This document shows positions 1 through 9,393 of a stretch of DNA of 64,000 bases, in pieces. The stretch lies in assembly GCA_965203325.1 (NCBI GenBank), contig OZ241875.1, forward strand, positions 2,912,001-2,976,000, read 5' to 3'. The position numbers and the translations under genes were made by a program. Each line of letters begins with the position of its first letter. Position 1 is the stretch's first letter. Origin of the DNA: a bacterium (GTDB lineage: Bacteria > UBA8248). The notes beneath the pieces are model-generated. The model was given only the letters and a program-made list of their open reading frames with translations, searched no databases and had not been told where the DNA came from.

Positions 1-1651
1 GCTCTCCGCCGTCATGGCGCTCGTCGTCACCGGCGTCGGGACGCTCATCCACCTCTACTCGATGGGCTACATGCACGGCGACCGCGGCGTGGTGCGCTAT
101 TTCATCTACCTGAACCTTTTCTCGCTCTCGATGCTCACGCTCGTCCTGGGCGACAACTTCGTGGTCATGTTCGTGGGCTGGGAGGCGGTGGGTCTTTGCA
201 GCTACCTGCTCATCGGCTTCTGGTACGAGCGCAAGGCGGCGGCCGAAGCCGGCAAGAAGGCCTTCATCGTGAACCGGGTGGGTGATTTCTGCTTCCTGAT
301 AGCGCTTTTCTACATCTACAGCGTCGCGGGCTCGCTGGATTTCGCGGCCGTGTTCTCGAAGGCTCCCCAGTTGCTCGGCCCCGAAAGTGCGGCGGCGACG
401 ATCATCTGCCTGTTGCTCTTCGCGGGCGCCACGGGCAAGAGCGCGCAGATTCCGCTTTACGTCTGGCTGCCCGACGCGATGGAAGGCCCCACCCCGGTCA
501 GCGCCCTGATACACGCGGCCACCATGGTGACCGCAGGCGTCTATATGGTGGCGAGAGCGCACGTGCTCTTCGAGTTGTCTTCTACGGCGATGCTGGTGGT
601 GGGCGTCGTCGGCGCGCTCACGCTGTTGATGGCGGCTTCGATCGCCCTGGTCCAGACCGACATCAAGAAGGTGCTCGCCTACAGCACGGTGAGCCAACTC
701 GGCTATATGTTTCTCGCATGCGGCGTGGGGGCGTTCTCTGCGGCGATCTTCCACCTGATGACCCATGCGTTCTTCAAGGCGCTCCTGTTCCTGGGCGCGG
801 GGAGCGTGATTCACGCGCTGGACGGCGAGCAGGACATCCGCAGGATGGGCGGACTCCACGCGGCCCTTCCGCGAACGAGCAACACCTTCGTGGTCGGTGC
901 GCTGGCCATCGCGGGCGTATTTCCCTTCGCCGGTTTTTTCAGCAAGGACGCCATTCTCTACTCGGCCATGACAGCCGAGCGCGGCGGTATTCTCCTGTGG
1001 CTCGCCGGCGCGGCGGGCGCGCTCATGACCGTGTTCTACATGTTCAGGCTCTTGTTCCGCGTGTTCTTCGGCACCTGCAATCTGAGCCTGGAGGAGCAGC
1101 AGAAAGTCCATGAATCTCCCACGAACATGACGCTCCCGCTACAGGCGCTGGCGGCGCTCTCCATCGTCGGCGGCTGGGTGGGGATTCCCGTCATCACGGG
1201 TGCGAACGTATTCGGCGATTTTTTGGCGCCCGCTTTCGGCGGCCACGTGGAGGCGCACCACGAGGTGGTGTTCGAGATACTGATGATGGTCTTCTCGCTC
1301 GCCATCGCCTTCATCGGCATTTACGCGGCCTACAATCTCTACGTGCTGAAGAGCGACGGCGGGAGCGCGTACGCGAAACTCTGGCCGGGCATCCACCGGC
1401 TTTTGGTGAACAAGTATTACGTGGACGAGATATACGACGCCGCAATCGTCCAGCCGGTGAAGCGGGCGTCGATCTGGTGCTGGCGAGCGTTCGAGGACGG
1501 CCTGGTGGACGCGGCCGTGAACGGGGCGGGCTTTTTCGTGCGGTCCCTGGGCGGCGTCCTGAGGCGCCTCCAGACGGGCTACGTGAAGAGCTACGCCGTT
1601 TCGATGCTGGTCGGCGCGCTGGCGATCCTGCTGTATCTCACGGCGCGCTGA
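1..1651 (+). CDS. nuoL: NADH-quinone oxidoreductase subunit L (5'-truncated by window edge), operon 1
   Basis: Motifs GWEAVGLCSYLLIGFW, GKSAQIPLYVWLPDAMEGPTPVSALIHAATMV, KKVLAYSTVSQLG. Frame is open to the window start. Normal-length C-terminal helix with a single VDAAVNG. Confidence 0.97.
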   Translation, partial: LSAVMALVVTGVGTLIHLYSMGYMHGDRGVVRYFIYLNLFSLSMLTLVLGDNFVVMFVGWEAVGLCSYLLIGFWYERKAAAEAGKKAFIVNRVGDFCFLIALFYIYSVAGSLDFAAVFSKAPQLLGPESAAATIICLLLFAGATGKSAQIPLYVWLPDAMEGPTPVSALIHAATMVTAGVYMVARAHVLFELSSTAMLVVGVVGALTLLMAASIALVQTDIKKVLAYSTVSQLGYMFLACGVGAFSAAIFHLMTHAFFKALLFLGAGSVIHALDGEQDIRRMGGLHAALPRTSNTFVVGALAIAGVFPFAGFFSKDAILYSAMTAERGGILLWLAGAAGALMTVFYMFRLLFRVFFGTCNLSLEEQQKVHESPTNMTLPLQALAALSIVGGWVGIPVITGANVFGDFLAPAFGGHVEAHHEVVFEILMMVFSLAIAFIGIYAAYNLYVLKSDGGSAYAKLWPGIHRLLVNKYYVDEIYDAAIVQPVKRASIWCWRAFEDGLVDAAVNGAGFFVRSLGGVLRRLQTGYVKSYAVSMLVGALAILLYLTAR

Positions 1652-1687
1652 TGGTTTTTTCGATTCTTTGAGGAGCGTGAGGGGCGA

Positions 1688-3244
1688 GTGCCTGGAATAA
1701 TCACCTCGATACTGTTTTTGCCCATGCTGGGGGGGCTGCTGCTCCTTCTCCTGCGTGAGGGCGAGGGAAAAGACGGCGGCGGCATCCGCGCGTTCGCGCT
1801 GGCGGCCTCCCTGGTCACGTTCGCCCTCTCGGCGGTGATGTATCTGGGTTTCCGGCCCGATTACGCGGGCATGCAGTTCGTCGAGGAAGCGGCGTGGATT
1901 CCGAGGTTCGGGATTTCCTACAAGGTGGGCGTGGACGGCATCAGCCTGCTGCTCGTGATGCTGACCACCATCCTGACGCCCGTTGCGATCCTCTTCTCCT
2001 TCGACGACGTTCGGAAGAAGACGCGGCTCTACTACATGTCCCTGTTGTTCCTGGAGACGGGGATGCTCGGCGTGTTCTTCGCGCTCGATTTCTTCCTGTT
2101 CTACGTCTTCTGGGAAGGAATGCTGATTCCGATGTACCTCATCATCGGGGTCTGGGGCGGTGGCCGCCGGATTTACGCGGCCGTCAAGTTCTTCCTCTAC
2201 ACCATGGCCGGAAGCGTGCTGATGCTCGTGGCGATCATCTGGCTGTATTTCGCGAGCGGGGTCGGCACGTTCGACATCCTCGCGCATTTCAGAGAACCGG
2301 TGGACGCCGCTCTCCAGCCGTGGCTGTTCGCCGCGTTCGCCATCTCCTTCGCCATCAAGGTGCCGATTTTCCCGTTTCACACCTGGCTGCCCGACGCCCA
2401 CGTGGAAGCGCCCACGGCGGGGAGCGTCATCCTCGCCGGCGTCCTCCTGAAGATGGGCACGTACGGCTTCATGCGGCTGGCGATGCCGCTGTTCCCGACG
2501 GCGGCGCGCGAGTTCGCGTTCCTCATCATTTGCCTGGCGCTGGTGGGGATCATCTACGGGGCGCTCATGGCCATGGTGCAGACCGACGTGAAAAAGCTCG
2601 TGGCCTACTCCTCGGTGAGTCACCTGGGGTTTGTGATGCTGGGGCTTTTCTCCTTCAACCTGCTGGGCGCCTCGGGGAGCGTCATCCAGATGGTGAACCA
2701 CGGCATCAGCAGCGGGGCGCTCTTCCTGATCGTGGGCTTCATCTATTCGAGGCGGCACACGAGGCAAATCGAGGAATTCGGCGGGCTGCTCCGGGTGATG
2801 CCCGTCTTTTCGACGTTTTTCATCATCACCGCACTCAGCAGCATCGGCCTGCCGGGGCTGAACGGCTTCGTGGGTGAGTTCACGATTCTGCTGGGCGCGT
2901 TCGAGCGCAACGCCTGGTTCGCCGTAATCGCGGCCACCGGCGTGGTGCTCTCCGCTGTCTACATGCTCTGGATGCTCCAGCGCGTCCTGTTCGGCGAGGT
3001 GAGCGTGCGGGCGAACCTGGGGCTCGCCGACATGAACAGACGCGAGTGGCTCGTCATGCTGCCCATGGTGGCGCTGATGTTCTGGATCGGGCTGTATCCC
3101 AAGCCGTTGTTCAACCGCATCGAGCCCTCGGCCAAGGCCTGGCTCTCGCAGGTGAACCGCCGCGTGCTGCGCGTGGAGAAGGCGCCTGATCTGAAATTGC
3201 AAAAGAGCGCGCTCGCTTATGCGCAAAGAGTCGAGGTGAAATAG
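1688..3244 (+). CDS. nuoM: NADH-quinone oxidoreductase subunit M, operon 1
   Basis: FYVFWEGMLIPMY, AIKVPIFPFHTWLPDAHVEAPTAGS, KKLVAYSSVSHLG; lies between nuoL and nuoN. Confidence 0.97.
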   Translation: MPGIITSILFLPMLGGLLLLLLREGEGKDGGGIRAFALAASLVTFALSAVMYLGFRPDYAGMQFVEEAAWIPRFGISYKVGVDGISLLLVMLTTILTPVAILFSFDDVRKKTRLYYMSLLFLETGMLGVFFALDFFLFYVFWEGMLIPMYLIIGVWGGGRRIYAAVKFFLYTMAGSVLMLVAIIWLYFASGVGTFDILAHFREPVDAALQPWLFAAFAISFAIKVPIFPFHTWLPDAHVEAPTAGSVILAGVLLKMGTYGFMRLAMPLFPTAAREFAFLIICLALVGIIYGALMAMVQTDVKKLVAYSSVSHLGFVMLGLFSFNLLGASGSVIQMVNHGISSGALFLIVGFIYSRRHTRQIEEFGGLLRVMPVFSTFFIITALSSIGLPGLNGFVGEFTILLGAFERNAWFAVIAATGVVLSAVYMLWMLQRVLFGEVSVRANLGLADMNRREWLVMLPMVALMFWIGLYPKPLFNRIEPSAKAWLSQVNRRVLRVEKAPDLKLQKSALAYAQRVEVK

Positions 3245-3246
3245 CT

Positions 3247-4725
3247 TTGGAAATCGTTCATCCCACCATCCATTGGGGATACCTGCTGCCGGTGATCCTG
3301 CCGGTGTGCGGGGCGGTGCTGGTGTTGATGTGGGACGCCTTTCTCGCCAAAGGGGAGCGCTCCGTCATCGTCATCATCACGCTGGTGACGCTGGCCGCCG
3401 CCCTGGGCGTGACGCTCGGCGCGCGCGCGCTGCCGGGGCTGGCCGCCTCGTTCGGCGGCATGTACCTCTTCGACGGGTTCACGCAGTTCCTCTACGTCGT
3501 CATCCTGTTCGCGAGCATCTTCGCGGTGCTCATCGCCGCGGCCCAGCGCGAGCTGGACGAAACGCCGGCGGGCGAGTATTTCGGCCTCATCCTCTTCGCT
3601 ACCTCGGGCATGATGCTCATGGCGGCGACGCGGAACCTCTTGATGATCTTCGTGGGTCTCGAGGTGTTCTCCCTGTCGCTCTATGTTCTGGCGGGGTATC
3701 TGCGCTCGCGTCCCGAGGGCAACGAGGCGTCGCTCAAATACTTTCTGCTCGGTTCGTTCGCCTCGGGCTTTCTGCTCTACGGCATGGCGCTCATTTATGG
3801 CGCCACCGGCTCGGTCGATCTGATCGAAATCGCCATCCGGCTTCACGAGAACCCCGCATCGCGCGGTGCCGCCTTCCTGATGGGTCTGGGCTTCATGGTG
3901 GTGGGCCTGGGCTTCAAGGTGGCCGCAGCACCTTTCTACATGTGGACGCCCGATGTTTACGAGGGCGCGCCCACCGCGGTGACGGCGTTCATGTCCGTGG
4001 GCCCCAAGGCGGCGGCTTTCGCCGCGTTCTTCCGGGTGTTTCTCTCCGCGGGCGACGCGGGCGGGAGTCTCGATTCGGTCTTGTGGGTCATGGCCGTCCT
4101 CACGATGAGCCTGGCGAACCTGGTCGCCATCTGGCAGTCCTGCGTGAAGCGGATGCTCGCCTATTCCAGCATCGCCCACGCCGGCTATCTCATGGTCGCG
4201 CTCGTGGCCTCGCGCACGAGCGCGGAACTAGCCACGAGCGGGTTTCTCTACTACATGCTCGTCTACGTTTTCATGAACATGGGCGCTTTCTGCGTGCTCA
4301 TCCTCATCTCGAACATGCGCGAGGACGGCGGTACGCAGTTGGACAACCTCGCGGGGCTGGCTTCTTTCCGGCCGGGCCTCGCGGCGGCGATGGCCGTGTT
4401 CATGGTGTCGCTCTCGGGGCTGCCGCCCACCGGGGGTTTCGTGGCGAAATTCCACGTGTTCAGCGCGGCGCTGAACGGCGGCTACGTCTGGCTGACCGTG
4501 ATCGCGGTGCTCAACAGCGTGGTGGCCGTGTATTATTACCTGCGTCTCGTCGTGGTGATGTACATGCGCGAACCGCAAGGCGCAGTGGCGAGCAGCGTTC
4601 CGCATCCGGGCTGGTCCTACGCCGTCGCAGCGCTCGTGCTCGCCGTCGCGAGCACCCTGCAACTGGGGATTTTCCCCTCCTCGGTGCTGGATTTCGCCCA
4701 TCGCTCCACAGTCTTTTTTAATTGA
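3247..4725 (+). CDS. nuoN: NADH-quinone oxidoreductase subunit N, operon 1
   Basis: EASLKYFLLG, GFKVAAAPFYMWTPDVYEGAPT, KRMLAYSSIAHAGY; TTG start 2 nt after the nuoM stop. Confidence 0.96.
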   Translation: MEIVHPTIHWGYLLPVILPVCGAVLVLMWDAFLAKGERSVIVIITLVTLAAALGVTLGARALPGLAASFGGMYLFDGFTQFLYVVILFASIFAVLIAAAQRELDETPAGEYFGLILFATSGMMLMAATRNLLMIFVGLEVFSLSLYVLAGYLRSRPEGNEASLKYFLLGSFASGFLLYGMALIYGATGSVDLIEIAIRLHENPASRGAAFLMGLGFMVVGLGFKVAAAPFYMWTPDVYEGAPTAVTAFMSVGPKAAAFAAFFRVFLSAGDAGGSLDSVLWVMAVLTMSLANLVAIWQSCVKRMLAYSSIAHAGYLMVALVASRTSAELATSGFLYYMLVYVFMNMGAFCVLILISNMREDGGTQLDNLAGLASFRPGLAAAMAVFMVSLSGLPPTGGFVAKFHVFSAALNGGYVWLTVIAVLNSVVAVYYYLRLVVVMYMREPQGAVASSVPHPGWSYAVAALVLAVASTLQLGIFPSSVLDFAHRSTVFFN

Positions 4726-4755
4726 CCTCAGGGGTTGGTTTTTCGGTTCTCGCCA

Positions 4756-4764
4756 TGATATAAG
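4756..4764 (+). promoter_or_regulatory. Possible extended -10 promoter (TGaTATAAG) for nuo operon 2
   Basis: TGnTATAAG in the 170-bp gap between nuoN and nuoA. Confidence 0.35.
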
Positions 4765-4894
4765 TCATGGCGGTTCGCTCGATTTCAGGCTTTTGTTCCA
4801 GGGGTTTTCGAGGGGAATGACCGCCCTGCGGCGACGATGCGGGCGGCGCATTTCTCATCGCCCCGGCGGTTAGCGGTTTTTGTGGGGGCCACGC

Positions 4895-5296
4895 ATGGAT
4901 CCGGTGGAGATTGTAGGCGCATTTTTCAGGGATTATCAGGCCATCAATCCCTACATCCCCATATTTCTGGTCACGCTCATGGCGGCCGCACTCGCCGCGA
5001 GCATTCTCATCTTCGCGCTGATCGTCCGCCCGCACAACCCGGACCCCGAGAAAAACTCCCCCTATGAGTGCGGCATGCCCCCGCTGATGGAGGCGCACGA
5101 GCGCTTCTCCATCCGCTTCTACCTGCTGGGCATACTGTTCCTGCTTTTCGACGTGGAAGCCTTGTTCCTGTTCCCCTGGGCGGTGCAATATGACGCCCTC
5201 GGGTTGTTCGGATTCATCGAGATGATGCTGTTCATCGCCATCCTGTTGGTGGGTTATTTCTACGCTTGGCGAAAAGGAGCGTTGGAGTGGGCATAG
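4895..5296 (+). CDS. nuoA: NADH-quinone oxidoreductase subunit A
   Basis: PYECG loop, [34 protein letters not shown] at 4895. Confidence 0.96.
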   Translation: MDPVEIVGAFFRDYQAINPYIPIFLVTLMAAALAASILIFALIVRPHNPDPEKNSPYECGMPPLMEAHERFSIRFYLLGILFLLFDVEALFLFPWAVQYDALGLFGFIEMMLFIAILLVGYFYAWRKGALEWA

Positions 5297-5763
5297 TCGA
5301 GGGTAAGTTCAGCGACAACTTCATCACGTCGAAGGTCGACAGCCTGGTCGCCTGGGCGAGGAAGAGCGCGCTCTGGCCGATGACCTTCGGCCTGGCGTGC
5401 TGCGCCATCGAAATGATGGCCTCGGGCGCGGCGCGCTACGATTTCGACCGTTTCGGCGTGATCTTCCGGGCCACGCCGCGCCAGTCCGACGTGATCATCG
5501 TGGCGGGCACCGTCACCCACAAGATGGGGGACGCGATTCGCAAGGTCTACGACCAGATGCCCGAGCCGCGCTGGGTGATCGCGATGGGCAACTGCGCCAC
5601 CTGCGGCGGCCCGTACGCGAACTATGCGGTGATGCAGGGAGTGGATGAAATCATCCCGGTGGACGTCTACGTTCCGGGTTGCCCGCCCAGGCCCGAATCC
5701 TTGATGTGGGGCGTCATGCAGCTTCAGAAAAAAATCGAACAGGAAAAATACATCCGCCGGTAA
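5287..5763 (+). CDS. nuoB: NADH-quinone oxidoreductase subunit B (N2 cluster)
   Basis: [27 protein letters not shown] start overlapping the nuoA end. Confidence 0.97.
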   Translation: MGIVEGKFSDNFITSKVDSLVAWARKSALWPMTFGLACCAIEMMASGAARYDFDRFGVIFRATPRQSDVIIVAGTVTHKMGDAIRKVYDQMPEPRWVIAMGNCATCGGPYANYAVMQGVDEIIPVDVYVPGCPPRPESLMWGVMQLQKKIEQEKYIRR

Positions 5764-5789
5764 AAGCCTGCGGCGCACAAGGGAAGAAG

Positions 5790-6380
5790 ATGCCCGACGA
5801 AGTGGTGGAAAACAGCGAAGAAACGAGCGGCGCGCCGGATTCCGGCGAGACCGCCGAAGAGGTGAAGACCCCGCCCGGCGAGGACTTGAAGGAAGTGGTG
5901 GAATCGGCGTTTCCGGGCGCGGTGCTGGAGCAGAGCGCCTATGAGGATGATGAGGACGAGACGACGTTCGTCCTGGGCGTCGATTCGCTCGTCGCCGTCG
6001 CTACGCATCTGCGCGATCACGGCGATTCGCTCTTCAAGCTCCTCACCGATTTGACGGCGGCGCACTACCCGGAGGCCGAGAATCCCTTCGAGATGCTCTA
6101 TCAACTCTACAGCATCGAGCATAACCGCAGGCTGCGTCTCAAGGTGCGGATCAAGGAAGGCCAGGCGGTGCCCACGGTTTCGGGCGTGTGGACCAGCGCG
6201 GACTGGATGGAGCGTGAGGTGTACGATTTGTTCGGTATCGAATTCGAGGATCATCCGGATCTCAGGCGGATTCTTCTGCCCGACAACTGGGGCAGCCATC
6301 CGATGCGGAAGGACTATCCGCTCGAGGGCCGGGGAGAGCGGATTTACACCAAGCCGACGCGCAAGGAAATCGGCGATTAG
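5790..6380 (+). CDS. nuoC: NADH-quinone oxidoreductase subunit C (acidic N-terminal extension)
   Basis: WMEREVYDLFGIEFEDHPDLRRILL, HPMRKDYP. Confidence 0.95.
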   Translation: MPDEVVENSEETSGAPDSGETAEEVKTPPGEDLKEVVESAFPGAVLEQSAYEDDEDETTFVLGVDSLVAVATHLRDHGDSLFKLLTDLTAAHYPEAENPFEMLYQLYSIEHNRRLRLKVRIKEGQAVPTVSGVWTSADWMEREVYDLFGIEFEDHPDLRRILLPDNWGSHPMRKDYPLEGRGERIYTKPTRKEIGD

Positions 6381-6409
6381 AGCGGCATAGCTTTTGAGGG
6401 AATGAGGAA

Positions 6410-7552
6410 ATGGTCGGCGTAGCGAACGTGTCTCGCATCGAGCAGCAGAGCACCCTGCACGGGACCGAAGAACTCGTCATCAACATGGGTCCCCAGCACC
6501 CGAGCACGCATGGCGTGCTCCGCGTCATCCTGAAGCTCGACGGCGAGACGGTGAACGATCTCGACTGCGACATCGGCTACCTCCACCGCGGCACCGAGAA
6601 GATCGGCGAGAACATCACCTACACGATGTTCATCCCCTATACGGACCGCCTCGATTACATCGCGGCGCCCTCGAACAACCTCGCGTGGGTCACGGCGGTG
6701 GAGAAATTCTTCGACTGGGAGATCCCCATGCGGGCGCAGTACATCCGCTCGATGGTGGGGGAGCTCTCCCGCATCGCCAGCCATCTCCTCTGGCTCGCCA
6801 CCCACGCGCTCGACATCGGGGCAATGACGGTGTTCCTGTGGTGCTTCAGGGAGCGCGAGATGGTGCTCGACCTCTTCGAGACGGCCTTCGGCGGCCGCCT
6901 GACGGTGAACGCCTTCCGTCTCGGCGGTCTGCACGAGGACGTGCCGGACAAGTTCCTGCAGCTCACCCAGGAATTCGTCGACATCTTCCCGAGCAGAATC
7001 GACGACTACGAGACGCTGCTCACCAACAACCGCATCTGGCTGCAGAGAACGCGCGACGTGGGCATCATCTCCGCCGAGGACGCGATGGATCTGGGTCTCA
7101 CGGGGCCGATCATCCGGGGCAGCGGGGTGAGTTGGGACTTGAGGCGCGCCAAGCCATACGCGGCGTATCCCTATCTCGATTTCGTCGTGCCCGTCGGCGA
7201 GAACGGCGACATCTACGATCGCTATCTGGTGCGCATCGAGGAGTTGCGCCAGAGCACCCATATCATCCAGCAGTGCCTGGAGCAGCTTCCCGGCGGGCCG
7301 GTGACCTGCAAGACGCCCCGGACCATCAAGCCCCCCGAGGGCGAGATATACCACAGCATCGAGAACCCCAAGGGCGAGTTCGGCTTTTACATCGTGAGCG
7401 ATGGGACGACGACGCCCTATCGCGTCCGCATCCGCCCGCCATCGTTCATCAACCTGGGTGGTCTGAAGAAGCTGTGCGTCGGGCAGCTGGTCGCGGACGT
7501 GGTGGCCATCATCGGAAGCATCGACATCGTTTTGGGCGAATGTGATCGGTAA
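6410..7552 (+). CDS. nuoD: NADH-quinone oxidoreductase subunit D (short, 380 aa)
   Basis: [35 protein letters not shown]-terminal [12 protein letters not shown]; no NiFe-hydrogenase CxxC motifs. Confidence 0.97.
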   Translation: MVGVANVSRIEQQSTLHGTEELVINMGPQHPSTHGVLRVILKLDGETVNDLDCDIGYLHRGTEKIGENITYTMFIPYTDRLDYIAAPSNNLAWVTAVEKFFDWEIPMRAQYIRSMVGELSRIASHLLWLATHALDIGAMTVFLWCFREREMVLDLFETAFGGRLTVNAFRLGGLHEDVPDKFLQLTQEFVDIFPSRIDDYETLLTNNRIWLQRTRDVGIISAEDAMDLGLTGPIIRGSGVSWDLRRAKPYAAYPYLDFVVPVGENGDIYDRYLVRIEELRQSTHIIQQCLEQLPGGPVTCKTPRTIKPPEGEIYHSIENPKGEFGFYIVSDGTTTPYRVRIRPPSFINLGGLKKLCVGQLVADVVAIIGSIDIVLGECDR

Positions 7553-7563
7553 GGAGCAGTTCG

Positions 7564-8535
7564 TTGGACATGGCGCTTGAAATCGCGGTCGCCGCGATAA
7601 AGATATTCATCGTGCTGAACGTGGTGCAGCTCGTGGTGGCGTATACGATCTACGTCGAGCGGAAGGTGATCGCCCACGTTCAGATGCGCATGGGGCCGAT
7701 GCGTGTGGGCTGGCACGGGCTTCTCCAGCCGATAGCGGACGGGCTGAAGCTGTTCTTCAAGGAAGACATCATACCCGACAAGGCGGACCGCATCGTGTTC
7801 GTGCTGGCGCCCGTGATGGTGCTGGTGCCCGCCTTCGTCGTCTACGCGGTGTTGCCCTTCAGCGCGACGTTCTACATCACGCAGATCAACATCGGGCTGT
7901 TCTTCATCCTGGCGATCAGTTCGCTCGGCGTATTCGGCATCGTCATGGCGGGCTGGGCCTCGAACAGCAAGTACTCGCTTCTGGGCGCGCTCAGGAGCGC
8001 GGCGCAGATGCTGAGCTACGAGATTTTCCTGGGCTTCTCCGTCATCGGGCCGCTGATGCTCGCGGGTTCCATGAACTTGCAAGAGATCGTGCACGCGCAG
8101 AGCGACGTGTGGTTCGTGTTCTATCAGCCCATCGCGTTCATCGTCTTCTTCATCGCGGCGATGGCGGAGACGAACCGCGCGCCCTTCGACCTGCCCGAGG
8201 CGGAAACCGAACTCGTGGCGGGCTTTCACACCGAATACAGCGGAATGAAGTTCGCGTTCTTTTTCCTGGCGGAATACGCCAACATGTTTGTCGTATCGAC
8301 GGTGGGCATCGTGCTGTTCTTCGGCGGATGGGATGGGCCGGATTTCATTCCGCTTCCCGGTTTCGTCTGGTACGTCCTGAAGCTCTCCGCATTCATGTTC
8401 GTGTTCATATGGCTGCGGGCGACGCTGCCGCGCTACCGCTACGATCAGCTGATGCGCGTGGGCTGGAAGTTCATGTTCCCGCTCGTGATGCTCAACATTT
8501 TCCTGACCGGATTCCTGAAGTACCTGTTCTTGTAA
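7564..8535 (+). CDS. nuoH: NADH-quinone oxidoreductase subunit H
   Basis: [52 protein letters not shown]. Confidence 0.97.
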   Translation: MDMALEIAVAAIKIFIVLNVVQLVVAYTIYVERKVIAHVQMRMGPMRVGWHGLLQPIADGLKLFFKEDIIPDKADRIVFVLAPVMVLVPAFVVYAVLPFSATFYITQINIGLFFILAISSLGVFGIVMAGWASNSKYSLLGALRSAAQMLSYEIFLGFSVIGPLMLAGSMNLQEIVHAQSDVWFVFYQPIAFIVFFIAAMAETNRAPFDLPEAETELVAGFHTEYSGMKFAFFFLAEYANMFVVSTVGIVLFFGGWDGPDFIPLPGFVWYVLKLSAFMFVFIWLRATLPRYRYDQLMRVGWKFMFPLVMLNIFLTGFLKYLFL

Positions 8536-8554
8536 CTCGCGGGAGAGACGCAGA

Positions 8555-9064
8555 GTGGAGCTATATTTCTTCTATATGTTCTCGGGCGGGATGATCATCG
8601 CCTCCTTGCTGATGATCACGCGCGCGAACGTGATTCACGCGGCCTTGTTGCTGGTGCTGACGTTCTTCTTCCTCGCGGGCATCTTCGTTCTGGCGGGGGC
8701 GGAGTTCCTGGCGGCGGTGCAGATTCTGCTCTACGCGGGCGGCATCATGGTGCTCTACCTGTTCTCGATCATGCTGATGAACGTGGAGGTGGCCGTTCGG
8801 ATGCGGCAATGGCACCGTCAGGGCGTCATGGTGTTCGTGGCGGCCGCCCTGCTGGGTCTGGAAATATGGGCCGTGCTGGCGGGTGTGGATTTCCCGGCGG
8901 CGAAGCAGTGGGAGTGGTCACTGGGCGCCACGCCGGGCAACGTCGAAGCGCTGGGCGCGGTCTTGTATACGAAATTCCTGTTCCCCTTCGAGGTGGCCTC
9001 CGTCCTCCTGCTGGCCGCGATGATCGGCGCCATCGTCCTGGCGAAGCGTACGATAGAGAGATAG
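8555..9064 (+). CDS. nuoJ: NADH-quinone oxidoreductase subunit J
   Basis: [40 protein letters not shown]. Confidence 0.95.
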   Translation: MELYFFYMFSGGMIIASLLMITRANVIHAALLLVLTFFFLAGIFVLAGAEFLAAVQILLYAGGIMVLYLFSIMLMNVEVAVRMRQWHRQGVMVFVAAALLGLEIWAVLAGVDFPAAKQWEWSLGATPGNVEALGAVLYTKFLFPFEVASVLLLAAMIGAIVLAKRTIER

Positions 9065-9083
9065 AGGGGAGAGAGTACCCGCG

Positions 9084-9386
9084 ATGATACCGATGACTCA
9101 TTTTCTTATCCTGGGCGCCATATTGTTCCTCATCGGCGCGATGGGCGTTCTGATGCGCCGCAACGCCATCATCATCCTGTTGTCCATCGAGTTGATGCTC
9201 AACGCCGTGAACGTGACCTTCGTGGGCTTCTCGCGCCACCTGGCGGACATGACGGGCCAGGTGTTCGCCATCTTCGTCATCACCGTGGCGGCGTGCGAGG
9301 CGGCCGTGGGACTTGCGATTCTCATCGCGCTCAACCGCGACCGCACGATGGTCAACGTGGACGAAGTCAACCTTTTGAAGTGGTAG
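9084..9386 (+). CDS. nuoK: NADH-quinone oxidoreductase subunit K
   Basis: [31 protein letters not shown]. Confidence 0.96.
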   Translation: MIPMTHFLILGAILFLIGAMGVLMRRNAIIILLSIELMLNAVNVTFVGFSRHLADMTGQVFAIFVITVAACEAAVGLAILIALNRDRTMVNVDEVNLLKW

Positions 9387-9393
9387 GGGAATC

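Noticed and set aside
6410..7552. nuoB/C/D as a group 4 NiFe-hydrogenase
   Set aside because: The large subunit lacks both CxxC Ni-binding motifs and retains the quinone-site His/Tyr residues.
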